Position numbers and translations under genes: made by a program. This document shows, piece after piece, positions 46,711-56,518 of a stretch of 64,000 bases of DNA (its first letter is position 1; each line of letters opens with the position of its first letter). This stretch comes from Oligoflexia bacterium. GTDB taxonomy: Bacteria > Bdellovibrionota > UBA1018. Location of the stretch: contig JAMPXJ010000009.1 of assembly GCA_023701205.1 (NCBI GenBank), positions 30,008-94,007 of the forward strand, read 5' to 3'. Under the pieces are notes generated by a model. It ran no database searches. It had not been told where the DNA came from and was given only the letters and a program-made list of their open reading frames with translations.

Positions 46711-48258
46711 ATGGACAAGGTGTTCCACGCAATAGAGCTTGAGCATCTCTCGATCGGAATGATGATGGGAATGGGCCTGTTCGCAGGCCTCTACCCTTGG
46801 GCCGCCCGCCGTCATCTTCGCCGGTCCACGCACAAGACCCTCGAGGAGCTTCCCATCGCGGCCATCCAGCGGATCGGGGATCGCCTCATACTCAACTCGG
46901 CGGCGGAAAGACTTACCGGCTTCGAGGCCCGGGAGCTCGAGACGTCGTCGGAATTCTTCAACCATCTCTTCGGTCTCAAGGCGGCCGAGACCCGCGCGCT
47001 GTATGATGCCTATCGCGAGCACGACTTCCCCGGCCGCATCACCCTGACGCTCACCCGCAAGAACGGCGAAGCCCGCATCGTCGAGCTGATCGCCTCGCGG
47101 GGCCGCGACGTGGAAATCTGGCTGCTCTTCAACATCACCGAGCGCATCCGCGCCGAGGAGCGCTTCCGGGTCCTGTTCGAGAACTCCCAGGACGGCTATC
47201 TCCTTTTCGACCAGGAAACCCTGATCGACTGCAATCCCGCCGCCGCCACCCTCATGGGCCTTTCCGGCAAGGAGGAGCTGCTGAGCTGCAACTTCGATCG
47301 CCATTCGCCCGAATTCCAGCCAGACGGGACCCGTTCGGCCGAAAAATCCCTGCTCATGACCGAAGAAGCGCAGAGAAAGGGCTTCCATCGTTTCGAATGG
47401 CTCCACCGCAAGCTCGATGGCACCGAGTTCCCGGTCGAAGTCACGCTGATCTCCGTGAAGATCGCCTCAAAGCCCGCCCTGATCGCGATCTGGCACGACC
47501 TGACCGAGCAGCGATTCGCCCAGACGCAGCTGCTGCAGTCCTCGAAGATGGCCTCTCTCGGCGAGATGGCCAGCGGACTGGCTCATGAGATCAACAATCC
47601 CCTTTCCATCATCCGCACCCGCGCCGAGGCGCTCGAGATGCTCTTCGAGAACGGGACCCCCACGCTCGCCGAGCTTCAGCGCTTCACCCAGGGGATCAGC
47701 GCGACCGTCGACCGGATCGCCAAGATCGTCCAAGGCCTGCGCAACATCGCCCGGGACTCGAGCCGCGAGCCGCGCGTGCCGACGGAGCTCCGGCGCCTTT
47801 TCGAGGAGACGCTGAGCTTCTGCGAGGCGCGCTTCCGCCAGCACGGCATCGCGCTCGAAGTCTGCCTGCCCGAGCCGGAGCTCCTGCTCGAATGTCAGCC
47901 GGTGCAGATCTCCCAGGTATTGCTCAATCTCCTGAACAACGCCTTGGATGCGGTCCAGGAGCTTCCCGTACGGTGGGTCCGGGTCGAAACACGGAAGATC
48001 GACAACGAGCTCCACATCGCCGTGACCGACAGCGGCCAGGGCATCCCTCCCGAAATCCTCAAGCACCTCATGCAGCCCTACTTCTCGACGAAGTCCTTCG
48101 GCAAAGGGACGGGCCTCGGACTGAGCATCAGCCGCAACATCCTGCGCGCGCATCAGGGCTCGCTCGAGATCGACTCCACCTGCCCGAATACCCGCTTCGT
48201 CATCCGTCTCCCGCTGCGGCAGGCCTCTTCCGTGCCGAAACACACGCAGGCGGCGTAG
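46711..48258 (+). CDS. PAS-domain sensor histidine kinase
   Basis: H-box GLAHEINNPLS, N-box LLNLLNNALDA, G1 DSGQGI, G2 GTGLGLS. PAS-like repeats lie upstream. Confidence 0.85.
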   Translation: MDKVFHAIELEHLSIGMMMGMGLFAGLYPWAARRHLRRSTHKTLEELPIAAIQRIGDRLILNSAAERLTGFEARELETSSEFFNHLFGLKAAETRALYDAYREHDFPGRITLTLTRKNGEARIVELIASRGRDVEIWLLFNITERIRAEERFRVLFENSQDGYLLFDQETLIDCNPAAATLMGLSGKEELLSCNFDRHSPEFQPDGTRSAEKSLLMTEEAQRKGFHRFEWLHRKLDGTEFPVEVTLISVKIASKPALIAIWHDLTEQRFAQTQLLQSSKMASLGEMASGLAHEINNPLSIIRTRAEALEMLFENGTPTLAELQRFTQGISATVDRIAKIVQGLRNIARDSSREPRVPTELRRLFEETLSFCEARFRQHGIALEVCLPEPELLLECQPVQISQVLLNLLNNALDAVQELPVRWVRVETRKIDNELHIAVTDSGQGIPPEILKHLMQPYFSTKSFGKGTGLGLSISRNILRAHQGSLEIDSTCPNTRFVIRLPLRQASSVPKHTQAA

Positions 48259-48273
48259 CCGGAGGCGCCGCGG

Positions 48274-49239
48274 TCAGCGCCGGATCAACCGCAGGAACCA
48301 AAGCTCCACTTGCTGGATGCCGAGCTCCCGGTAGCCATCCTGCCGGTAAAGCGTCTGATTGAAGCGGTCATTGAGCCGGCGCCGATCCTCGATCTTCCAG
48401 AGCCTGGGATCGATCCGCTCGAAGAGCACCCCGCGCCCGTCGAGGAGGATCGGGTTCGTCAGGTTGCAGAAAACCTCGCCCCCCGCGCGAAGATGCCGGG
48501 CCGCGCAGTCGAGGAACGCTAGCGGAATCTCGATCCCGAGCGCGCCGCCGTCGCGGTGCGGACGGTCCGAGCTCGGGGAAGGCACCGCGAGCGGCGGATT
48601 GAAAACCGCGCGATCCCAGCCCGCGAGCTCCTCACCGAGCGCGAGCGTCGCTTCGTCTTTGGGTCCGAGCGCGCCGATCCGGGCCGCGTGGAAACGCACG
48701 TTCCCGAGATCCTGAGCCGCCGCCGCGGCACGCGCCCACGCGACCGCCTCCGCGGAAAGCTCCAGCCCGAGCGCCTTGCGCGCCCGCGAGGCCAGCTGAA
48801 AGCTCAGGACTCCGCAGCCGCTGCCGAGATCGAGCACGCTTCTTCCCTCAAAATCCGCGAGCCAGGGTTCGAGCTGCCGGAGCAAGGTCAGCGACTCCTC
48901 GCCCAGATAGATCCGGGGCTCCGGCCAGTGCGTGTATGGGAGAAAGAGCCCGTCCAGAAAACTGATCGCCGGCCGGAGCCGGAGCGTGTCAGGCAGGAGC
49001 TCCGGCGGCAGCCCCGCCGCGAGCAGCTCCTCGGGCGCGACCGCGACTCCCAGCCCGAAGTATCTCGCCAGCGGGTCCAGGCCGGCGGCCGATCGCCTGA
49101 GCTTGAGCAGGCGATCCGGCGAAACGACCTGCCAGGAGTAACCCTGCTGCCGGAGAAACGCGAAGAGGCGGCGAAAGAAGACTTCAAGCGTCATGCGACT
49201 CACAGGGGGAAATCTAAGATTGACTCGAAACGCCGTCAA
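48274..49239 (-). CDS. SAM-dependent methyltransferase with NPPx motif (PrmC/RsmC-like small-domain MTase)
   Basis: VLDLGSGCGVLS (motif I) and VFNPPL (motif IV). The start may be the internal ATG at 49194. Confidence 0.7.
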   Translation of the reverse strand: MTAFRVNLRFPPVSRMTLEVFFRRLFAFLRQQGYSWQVVSPDRLLKLRRSAAGLDPLARYFGLGVAVAPEELLAAGLPPELLPDTLRLRPAISFLDGLFLPYTHWPEPRIYLGEESLTLLRQLEPWLADFEGRSVLDLGSGCGVLSFQLASRARKALGLELSAEAVAWARAAAAAQDLGNVRFHAARIGALGPKDEATLALGEELAGWDRAVFNPPLAVPSPSSDRPHRDGGALGIEIPLAFLDCAARHLRAGGEVFCNLTNPILLDGRGVLFERIDPRLWKIEDRRRLNDRFNQTLYRQDGYRELGIQQVELWFLRLIRR

Positions 49240-49262
49240 TGGTGTCTTAGGCCGACCGAAGT

Positions 49263-50309
49263 ATGATCACGACCACCCTGATTATTTTCATCTGCATCGC
49301 CCTGCTGTTCGATTTCCTGAACGGCTTCAACGACAGCGCCAACATCGTGTCGACCATGATCTCCTCGCGCGCCCTCTCGCCGCGCAAGGCGCTCACCATC
49401 ACCGCCATCGCGGAGTTCCTGGGACCTTTCATCTTCGGGGTGGCCATCGCCAAGACCATCGGGGCCGAGATCCTCATCCTCCCGCCGAATCCCGCCGAGT
49501 CGTTGCCGCTGATCCTCGCGGCGCTCATGGCCGCCGTATGCTGGAACCTGACGACCTGGTATTTCGGAATCCCCTCGAGCTCATCTCATGCCCTGATCGG
49601 CGGGATGGTCGGCGCCGGGATCGCCGACAGCCTGGCGCGGCAGCTGTCGATCGGATTCGTCACGGCTCACGACTTCTGGAACATCTTCCGCGTCATTCGG
49701 CCCGCGGGCCTGATCAAGACGATCACCGCGTTGCTCATCTCGCCGCTCCTGGGGTTTTTCGCGGGGTTCCTCGTGCTGAGGCTCTGGCGCTTTCTCGCGC
49801 GGGGATCGGGCCCGGGCATCAACTTCTTTTTCCGCAAGGGTCAGGTCGCCACCGCCATCGGCCTGGCGCTTTCCCATGGCACAAACGACGCCCAGAAGAC
49901 GATGGGCGTGATCACCATGGGTCTGGTCGCCTCCGGAGTCCTGACGGAGTTCCAGGTGCCCTTCTGGGTCGTCGCGCTCAGCGCGGGAGCGATTTCGGCG
50001 GGGACCGCCGTCGGCGGCTGGCGCCTGATCCGGACCCTCGGGGGGAAGTTCTACAAGATCCGGCCTATCGACGGCTTCAGCACCCAGATCGCCGCGGGCT
50101 CGGTCATCCTGGGAGCCGCCCTTCTGGGCGGCCCGGTCAGCACCACTCAGGTGGTCACCGCCGGAATCATGGGCGTGGGCAGCGCCGAGCGCCTTTCGAA
50201 GGTCCGCTGGGGCGTCAGCCGGCAGATCGTGCTCACCTGGATCATCACCATTCCCGCGACCTCGACCGTCGCGGCATTGATTTTCTTTCTGATCAGGAGG
50301 TTCGTATGA
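49263..50309 (+). CDS. PiT-family inorganic phosphate transporter
   Basis: FDFLNGFNDSAN and HGTNDAQKTMG signature repeats. Confidence 0.9.
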   Translation: MITTTLIIFICIALLFDFLNGFNDSANIVSTMISSRALSPRKALTITAIAEFLGPFIFGVAIAKTIGAEILILPPNPAESLPLILAALMAAVCWNLTTWYFGIPSSSSHALIGGMVGAGIADSLARQLSIGFVTAHDFWNIFRVIRPAGLIKTITALLISPLLGFFAGFLVLRLWRFLARGSGPGINFFFRKGQVATAIGLALSHGTNDAQKTMGVITMGLVASGVLTEFQVPFWVVALSAGAISAGTAVGGWRLIRTLGGKFYKIRPIDGFSTQIAAGSVILGAALLGGPVSTTQVVTAGIMGVGSAERLSKVRWGVSRQIVLTWIITIPATSTVAALIFFLIRRFV

Positions 50310-50935
50310 GCTGGTTCCAGGATTTCCTCACCCCCCGCCAGGATAACTTCATGAAGTACCTGCAGCAGCAGGCGCAGCTCGGCGTCGAGGGGCTGGAAGG
50401 CCTGGCCGCCTACATGAAGTCCCCCACGCCCGAGAACGAGGCCCGCGTCAACCGCGCCGAAAAGGAAGCCGACGAGGTCCGCCGCATCCTCATCGACGAC
50501 CTCAACCGGACCTTCGTCACCCCGATCGATCGCGAGGACATCTTCATGCTCTCGCGCACGGTGGACGACATCCTGGACTATGCGCATTCGACGGTCGAGG
50601 AGATGATGGAGCTCAAGGTCGAACCCAACGAGTTCCTGATCTCCATGGCCCAACTGCTGCTCGACGCCTCCAAGGAGATCCTGCTCGCGCTCCAGCGGCT
50701 CGAAAACCATCCGAACGTCGCCAGCGAGCATGCCCGCCAGGCCAAACGGATCGAGAACAGCATCGAAAAGGCCTACCGCAAGGCGATAGCCGAGCTTTTC
50801 TCGGGACCGGCCGAGCCCCGGGAAATCGTCAAGATGCTCAAGCTGCGCGAGATCTACCGTCATGTTTCCAACGCCGGCGATCGCGCCGACGAAGCGGCCA
50901 ACGTGATCACCGATATCGTCGTCAAAACGACCTGA
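50306..50935 (+). CDS. DUF47/PhoU-like phosphate-transport regulator (TIGR00153-type)
   Basis: ATGA overlap with the PiT stop. EKEADEVRR, TPIDREDI and REIYRHVSNAGDRADEAANV. Confidence 0.85.
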   Translation: MSWFQDFLTPRQDNFMKYLQQQAQLGVEGLEGLAAYMKSPTPENEARVNRAEKEADEVRRILIDDLNRTFVTPIDREDIFMLSRTVDDILDYAHSTVEEMMELKVEPNEFLISMAQLLLDASKEILLALQRLENHPNVASEHARQAKRIENSIEKAYRKAIAELFSGPAEPREIVKMLKLREIYRHVSNAGDRADEAANVITDIVVKTT

Positions 50936-50990
50936 CTCCCGGATCGTTCCGGGAGCCAGGCTTCAGCCGCCTCGTCTTGCCTGCCCTGCG

Positions 50991-51788
50991 TCAGCTCGGG
51001 GTCGCCTCCGGAGAGGGAGATTCCGTCGGAGACGGCGACTCCGTGGGGGATGGCGTCGGCGATTGAGTCGGAGACACCGTTGGAGACGGCGATGGCGACG
51101 GCGACGGCGACGGCGACGGCGACTCCGTCGGGGAGGCCGTCGGGGTCGGAGACACACCCGGAGCCGGGCCCGCGCAGGCCGCCGCCGACGCGCCCGGATT
51201 GAGCTGACCCCGGATCTCGCCGCCCGGATTGATGCTCGTATGGACGTTCACGTAGGTCCGGCCCGAAAGGACGGCCTCGATCCCCTGCTCGAAGGTCGTG
51301 ATGCCCGCGTCGGGGGCCGGAGTGAAATTCGCAACCGTCAACGCGCCGGTGAGCGAGTCACCGAAGAAGCCGTTCGCCAGGGTGAAGATGATGGGGCCGG
51401 CCACGCAGGGACCGCCCGCATGGATATGGGCAGCGACCACGTTATTGAGATCGCTGACGGTCAACGCATAGCTGACCTCCGTCCGGTCGTTGTCGATGCT
51501 CACGACCATCGCGCCCCGGCCATCGCTGGCCACGGCCGGCACTTCCTGATCGCCGCCCAGGAAAGCCCAGGCGCCCGTTGCCGCGATCCCCGGCGCGAGC
51601 GTCCCGGTCGCGGCGGGCGACGGACTCTCGGTCGGGCTGGACGTCGGGACGACGCCCGGTGCGCCCGGACTGCCATCGTCATCTCCGTTGTATTGAGCGA
51701 ATAACGATCCCGCGGCGCCGATGACGAGAACCACGGTCCCCGCGCTCAGCGCCCCCTTCAGACTCTTTTGTTTTTTTGGTGAATTCAT
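50991..51788 (-). CDS. CHRD-domain protein with Ser/Pro-rich N- and C-terminal low-complexity regions
   Basis: GGDQEVPAV ... AAHIHAGG ... YVNVHTSINPGGEIRGQL. The C-terminus is an (SP)n / TESPSP repeat. Confidence 0.75.
   Translation of the reverse strand: MNSPKKQKSLKGALSAGTVVLVIGAAGSLFAQYNGDDDGSPGAPGVVPTSSPTESPSPAATGTLAPGIAATGAWAFLGGDQEVPAVASDGRGAMVVSIDNDRTEVSYALTVSDLNNVVAAHIHAGGPCVAGPIIFTLANGFFGDSLTGALTVANFTPAPDAGITTFEQGIEAVLSGRTYVNVHTSINPGGEIRGQLNPGASAAACAGPAPGVSPTPTASPTESPSPSPSPSPSPSPTVSPTQSPTPSPTESPSPTESPSPEATPS
51088..51123. repeat. Tandem hexanucleotide repeat, GGCGAT followed by five GGCGAC units, encoding the (SP)n tract of the CHRD protein
   Basis: Six consecutive in-frame hexamers read directly from the sequence. 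Confidence 0.85.
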
Positions 51789-52015
51789 GCCCAGTCCGTA
51801 TTGCCAGTTTCAGGCCCATTGCGCGGCAAAAAGAGCGGTTCGATTTTTTCTGCCCGCGGGAGGCCGTCCGGCCCTAAAGATCCTCGAGCCCGCTTCCGAT
51901 CCCCTCACTGGCGGAGCGATTTCGGAGAGAGAGAACGAAAAAACCGCGCGTGCCATCGCTGACACAGTTGTCCCGCCGGCGAGATGCCGGTTAGACTCGG
52001 AAGAGGAGAACCCGC

Positions 52016-52219
52016 GTGCCCATCGCAGGAAGCGAGAAAAAAGAAACCCTGACCTGGATCGGACAGTTCCTCTGGACGGCGCTCGTCGCCGTCGGCGTGG
52101 GGCTGCTTGCGCTTCGCCAGACCACCGCAGGTCCCGAGCTGCTTCAGAAAAGAGACCCCCAGACGCTGGTCACGGGCAAGCCCATCCCGCTCAGCGAGCG
52201 CGTGCCCGCCTCGCGCTGA
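52016..52219 (+). CDS. Hypothetical small single-TM protein (67 aa)
   Basis: GTG start with GAGGAG 7 nt upstream. Hydrophobic WIGQFLWTALVAVGVGLLAL. Confidence 0.3.
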   Translation: MPIAGSEKKETLTWIGQFLWTALVAVGVGLLALRQTTAGPELLQKRDPQTLVTGKPIPLSERVPASR

Positions 52220-52255
52220 GCTCGTGACCCTTGCCCGAAGCGCCATCGCCGGGGT

Positions 52256-52687
52256 ATGCCCTCGCGCATGACGAAACCGACATACTGGCTGCTCAAGACC
52301 GAACCTCAAACCTATTCCTTCGAACAGCTCCTGGCAGAGGGCCGGACCGCGTGGAACGGCGTGCGCAATTTCCAGGCGCGGAACTTCCTTCGCGAGATCT
52401 CCCGGGGAGACCTGGCGATCATCTATCACAGCGGCGAACAGCGCTCCGCGATAGGAATCGCCCGCATCATCCGCGAGCATTACCCCGACCCCGATCCGGC
52501 CAAACCAGGAGACTGGGTGCAGCTCGACCTGGCCGCTGAAAAGAAGCTGCCCCGTCCCGTGAGCCTGGCGGAGATGAAAGCGGAGCGCGCCCTCGCGGAT
52601 CTCCCGCTCCTCCGGCAGTCCCGCCTCTCGGTGATGCCGATCAGCGCCGCGCATTTCGAGGCGATCCTGAAACTGGCGGGAGCCTGA
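52256..52687 (+). CDS. EVE (PUA-like) domain protein
   Basis: YWLLKTEPQTYSFEQL ... WNGVRNFQARNFLREISRGDLAIIYHSG. An alternative start is at 52268. Confidence 0.85.
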   Translation: MPSRMTKPTYWLLKTEPQTYSFEQLLAEGRTAWNGVRNFQARNFLREISRGDLAIIYHSGEQRSAIGIARIIREHYPDPDPAKPGDWVQLDLAAEKKLPRPVSLAEMKAERALADLPLLRQSRLSVMPISAAHFEAILKLAGA

Positions 52688-52790
52688 GCCCCGCGAACGG
52701 CCTGGCGATTGCACGATCAAGCGGCGTGGAACAGGGTTCCACGCCGTGGCCCGAAGGTTTAACAGGTTCGCCCTTCGGGCCACACCTTAT

Positions 52791-53261
52791 TCAGCGTCCC
52801 GAGCTTCCGAAACCTTTCTCCCCCCGCGCAGTCCCGTCAAGCGAGCTCACCTCGACCACGGCGGGCGTTCCCACCGGCAGGATCAGCAGCTGCGCGATCC
52901 GCTCATGGCGCCTCAGCGCGACATGCGCGTTGGAGATGTTCCACAGCACGATATGAACCTGCCCGCGGTAGCCGGCATCGATGATCCCGCCGGCGGTCTT
53001 CACTCCGCGCTTGGCCAGGGATGACCGGTCCGCGACCAGCCCCACATAGCCTTCCGGCAGCGCCAGGGCAATCCCGGTCTTGACGACCTGCCCTTGCCCC
53101 GGCACGAGCTCCACGTCCTCGAGGCTGTAGAGGTCCATTCCCGCGTCGTCAGGATGCGCGCGCGTCGGCAGCACCGCGCCCTCTTCCACCCTCAGGATCC
53201 GGACAGTCTCGGGACGCAGCCAGTGGGCTGGCTTTTTCTTGACGTTCTTGCGGTTGGCCAT
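52791..53261 (-). CDS. dut: dUTP diphosphatase
   Basis: Start at MANRKN (53261). AGMDLY, GLVADRSSLA, IDAGYRG and C-terminal RGEKGFGSSG. Confidence 0.9.
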   Translation of the reverse strand: MANRKNVKKKPAHWLRPETVRILRVEEGAVLPTRAHPDDAGMDLYSLEDVELVPGQGQVVKTGIALALPEGYVGLVADRSSLAKRGVKTAGGIIDAGYRGQVHIVLWNISNAHVALRRHERIAQLLILPVGTPAVVEVSSLDGTARGEKGFGSSGR

Positions 53262-53279
53262 GATATCCCTGTTTCGCAG

Positions 53280-53996
53280 ATGAAAACGCCTCGCGCTATC
53301 CTTTTCGACAATGACGGAGTGCTCATCGCCAGCGAAGCGCTGCATTGGCGGGCTTGGGAAACGCTCCTGCACGAGCTCAAGGTGCCGTACGATCCCGCGG
53401 AGATCCGTGCCTCCGTGGGAAGCACTGCTCCTCGCATCCTGGCCGGGATCCTTGACCGGCATGTCCCGGGCTGGAGCGCCCGGGAATACGATCTCGATGC
53501 GCTGGCCCAGCGCAAGAATGACCACTATCTCCGGCTCGCGCAGACCGAGCTGCATGCCTATCCGGGCGTTCGCGAGGGTCTGGAATGGCTGCGTAAAAAG
53601 GGCATCGCGACCGCGGTGGTTTCGAATGCCAAGCGGCGCGAGCTCGAGATGGCGCTGACCCGCCTAGGCCTGATCGGGCTTTTCGACGCGGTCGTTTCGC
53701 GCGACGACGTGCGGCCGCCCAAGCCCGATCCGGCGCCTTATCTTTTCGCGGCGGCCTGTGTCGGCGCGGAGCCGGCCGACTGCCTGGCGATCGAAGATTC
53801 CCCGCCCGGACTGGAGTCCGCGCTTTTGGCCCGCATTCCTGCGGCCGCGGTCGCGACGAACTTCCCCCGCGAGATTCTGGGACAGCCCGTGCCAGGCCGG
53901 CCCGACCTCAAGCCCGTGTGGATCGGCGGCTCGATGCTGGAGTTCTTCGACTGGCTCAAAGCCGAAGCTCCTCCCGAACCTCAGACTTTGAAATAA
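53280..53996 (+). CDS. HAD-superfamily hydrolase (beta-phosphoglucomutase-like subfamily IA)
   Basis: ILFDNDGVLI (DxD), VVSNA, KPDPAPY and LAIEDSPPG. Confidence 0.85.
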   Translation: MKTPRAILFDNDGVLIASEALHWRAWETLLHELKVPYDPAEIRASVGSTAPRILAGILDRHVPGWSAREYDLDALAQRKNDHYLRLAQTELHAYPGVREGLEWLRKKGIATAVVSNAKRRELEMALTRLGLIGLFDAVVSRDDVRPPKPDPAPYLFAAACVGAEPADCLAIEDSPPGLESALLARIPAAAVATNFPREILGQPVPGRPDLKPVWIGGSMLEFFDWLKAEAPPEPQTLK

Positions 53997-54799
53997 TCGC
54001 ACGCAATACAGGCCAACTCCTCCTCGGGACTGGGTTCGACTATTTTTTTGGCTTTCTGGAAGCTTTCCAGGAGAACCTCGCGAACCCGGAGAAAATCCGC
54101 CTGACTCAGGCTATGCACGGCCGTGAAATGGAGCCCATCGCCTCCGGGCACCCGCGCCGCGGCGACGGCCCGGTCCCGCCAGTTCGCATGGTGGATCATC
54201 GCCATGGGCGACTCCCTCGGCAAGTGCAGCTGAGGACTGCTCGATTTCCAAGCGCCTTTGCGCTCCGAGACCAGCCCGAGCTGGGCCAGAAGCTCCAGCT
54301 CCCGGGCAACCAGGGCTCGGGGGAGCTGCAGGCGCTCGGCAATATCCTCGACCGCGCCAGCCTTCGGGAAGCCGCACAGCAGATGGATCGCCACTGTATG
54401 CCAGCTCGCATAATAACGCAGCTCCTGCCCGGCTTCCAGGCCCGGTGGATCCTGCAGCCGCCCTCCCACGGAATTCAGCCGCTTGCGAAGGGAGGAAAGC
54501 CGGGTCTCCAGCCTTCTCCTCAGGCGCGGGGTCGCGGCTCGCGCATGCTCGACCAAAAGCATGAAATATTCCGTCTCGTTTTCGCTCAGCTCCCAGAACT
54601 CGCAAAGCCCGATGGCGTGATCCGGCGTCAGATGCGCGGAACCGCGGATCATCTGGGAAAAGTAACTTCGCTGGCAGCCTGCGGCTTGCGCCAAGGCGGC
54701 GATATACCCGCGCCTGCCGGCATTCTGGCGCACGCGTTCCTTCAGATAGTCCTTATAGTCCCGCTGGGGAGCCACGATGTCGGAAATTCTCATCGGCAT
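53981..54799 (-). CDS. TIGR02147/DUF4423-like protein
   Basis: DYKDYLKERV ... GYIAALAQAAGCQRSYFSQMIRGSAHLT (HTH-like N-terminus), and a length of about 270 aa typical of this family. The 3' end overlaps the HAD gene by 16 nt. Confidence 0.65.
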   Translation of the reverse strand: MPMRISDIVAPQRDYKDYLKERVRQNAGRRGYIAALAQAAGCQRSYFSQMIRGSAHLTPDHAIGLCEFWELSENETEYFMLLVEHARAATPRLRRRLETRLSSLRKRLNSVGGRLQDPPGLEAGQELRYYASWHTVAIHLLCGFPKAGAVEDIAERLQLPRALVARELELLAQLGLVSERKGAWKSSSPQLHLPRESPMAMIHHANWRDRAVAAARVPGGDGLHFTAVHSLSQADFLRVREVLLESFQKAKKIVEPSPEEELACIACDYFKV

Positions 54800-54898
54800 T
54801 GGTAATAATACATAAATTATCTCCGATCAAATTTATAAACCTACAGTTGTTTCACCCGCTGCCTCCTCCCTACTCTCAGGAGCTGAGGAAGACGCCTG

Positions 54899-56473
54899 AT
54901 GCAAAACCGCTTCGATGCGATTGTCGTGGGAACCGGAATGGGCGGCGGCGCCGCGGGTTACCTCCTTTCGCAAGCGGGACTCAAGGTGCTCTTCCTGGAA
55001 CGGGGAACGGCGCCCGACCGGATCGAGGCCTCCCTGACCGAATCCTATGCCGAGAAGTCGATCCACGCGCTCAAGCTCGATCGGATCAAGACTTACGAGA
55101 AGACCGCGCGCGCGACCTATTCGGTCAATGGCTGGATCCCCGTGCTGGGCGCGGGTTTGGGCGGATCCTCCGCTGTTTATGGGGCGGTACTGCTCCGGCT
55201 GCAGCCGCACGAATTCGCGCAATGGCCGTACGGATACGACGACCTGCTCCCCTTTTATGACGAATGCGACAGGCTGTTCAGCCCCCGCGGCACGCACGAT
55301 CCGCTGGCCACCGAGCCTCGGGCGCTTCGACCGCCTGAGCCCATGGCCGCGGCCCAGCAGGAATTCTTCGCGCTGCTGGCCCGACAAGGCAAACACCCGT
55401 TCCGTAGCCCCATCGGCTATGACGCCGTTCCCAGCTGCCAACGCTGTTTCGGGCGCTTCTGCTCGCGCGGCTGCAAGCGCACCTCGGGGAATGTCTTCGT
55501 GCAGCCCGCCCTGGAGCGCCATCGGGCCGAGATCCGCTATGAGACGATCGTGGAATCCCTGGAAATGTCCGGTGAACGTTTTGTCGCCGTGCGCGGGCGG
55601 GACCCTGGCGGGGCGATCCGCATCGAGGCGAACCACGTTTTTCTCGCCGCCGGAGCGTTAGTCACGCCCGCGATCCTCGGCAACTCCCGTTCCGCACGCT
55701 ACCCGACAGGGGTGGGAAACGACTCGGACCAGCTCGGCCGCAACCTCATGCGGCACCTCATCGACTTCTATTTCCTTCGCACCGCCCATCCGCACGATCG
55801 GGGAGGCCCCCTCAATCAGGTCACCTGTACCGATTACGTCAGGCCCGGGAGCCATGGCGGGATCATCGCCAGCGCCGGGGAGCTCATGCCTCCCGAGCTC
55901 ATGGCCACGGAATTCCTCGCGCGGACCCTGGGCCGGCGCCGCCTACTCACCCCGCTCGAGCCCCTTGCGCGCGTCCTTTTGCGGGGCGCCTTCCGCAGGC
56001 TGCTCGGCGGAAGGATCATCGCTCCCTGCATCCTGGAAGACCAGGCCGATCCGGGGAACAGGGTCCTGCCCGATTCGACCGTCGATGCCGTGCGCCTGCA
56101 TTACCGGATCACGCGGCAGGACCGGAAAAATCTCGCGGCCTTCCGTTCCGAGCTCCTGCGCCTTTTCGCCCCCATGCATCCTCGCCTCATCAAGGTGGCC
56201 GAAGACAACTCCTTCCTGGCCCACGCGTGCGGCACGTGCCGAATGGGCCCGGATCCCAGGCGGTCAGTCACGGATCCGCGGGGCCGCGTGCACGGCACCG
56301 AGAACGTGCACGTCGTGGACGCGTCGCTCTTCCCCTCGAGCGGAGCGGCCAACCCATCGCTGACCGTGGCCGCCTGCGCGATGAAGGCCGCCAAGGATTT
56401 TCTGGAGCTTCAACGGGAGAACACCGGGCGGGCGAGACGCAGCCCAATCCCCTCCTTCACGAGAAATCTATGA
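54899..56473 (+). CDS. GMC-family FAD-dependent oxidoreductase
   Basis: FDAIVVGTGMGGGAAGYLLSQAGLKVLFLERG (Rossmann fold), and C-terminal HACGTCRMG ... VHVVDASLFPSSGAANP. Confidence 0.85.
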   Translation: MQNRFDAIVVGTGMGGGAAGYLLSQAGLKVLFLERGTAPDRIEASLTESYAEKSIHALKLDRIKTYEKTARATYSVNGWIPVLGAGLGGSSAVYGAVLLRLQPHEFAQWPYGYDDLLPFYDECDRLFSPRGTHDPLATEPRALRPPEPMAAAQQEFFALLARQGKHPFRSPIGYDAVPSCQRCFGRFCSRGCKRTSGNVFVQPALERHRAEIRYETIVESLEMSGERFVAVRGRDPGGAIRIEANHVFLAAGALVTPAILGNSRSARYPTGVGNDSDQLGRNLMRHLIDFYFLRTAHPHDRGGPLNQVTCTDYVRPGSHGGIIASAGELMPPELMATEFLARTLGRRRLLTPLEPLARVLLRGAFRRLLGGRIIAPCILEDQADPGNRVLPDSTVDAVRLHYRITRQDRKNLAAFRSELLRLFAPMHPRLIKVAEDNSFLAHACGTCRMGPDPRRSVTDPRGRVHGTENVHVVDASLFPSSGAANPSLTVAACAMKAAKDFLELQRENTGRARRSPIPSFTRNL

Positions 56474-56518
56474 GCGATTTCCCAGGAAAAAAATGAGCAC
56501 TCGTCATCGGCAGCTCAC

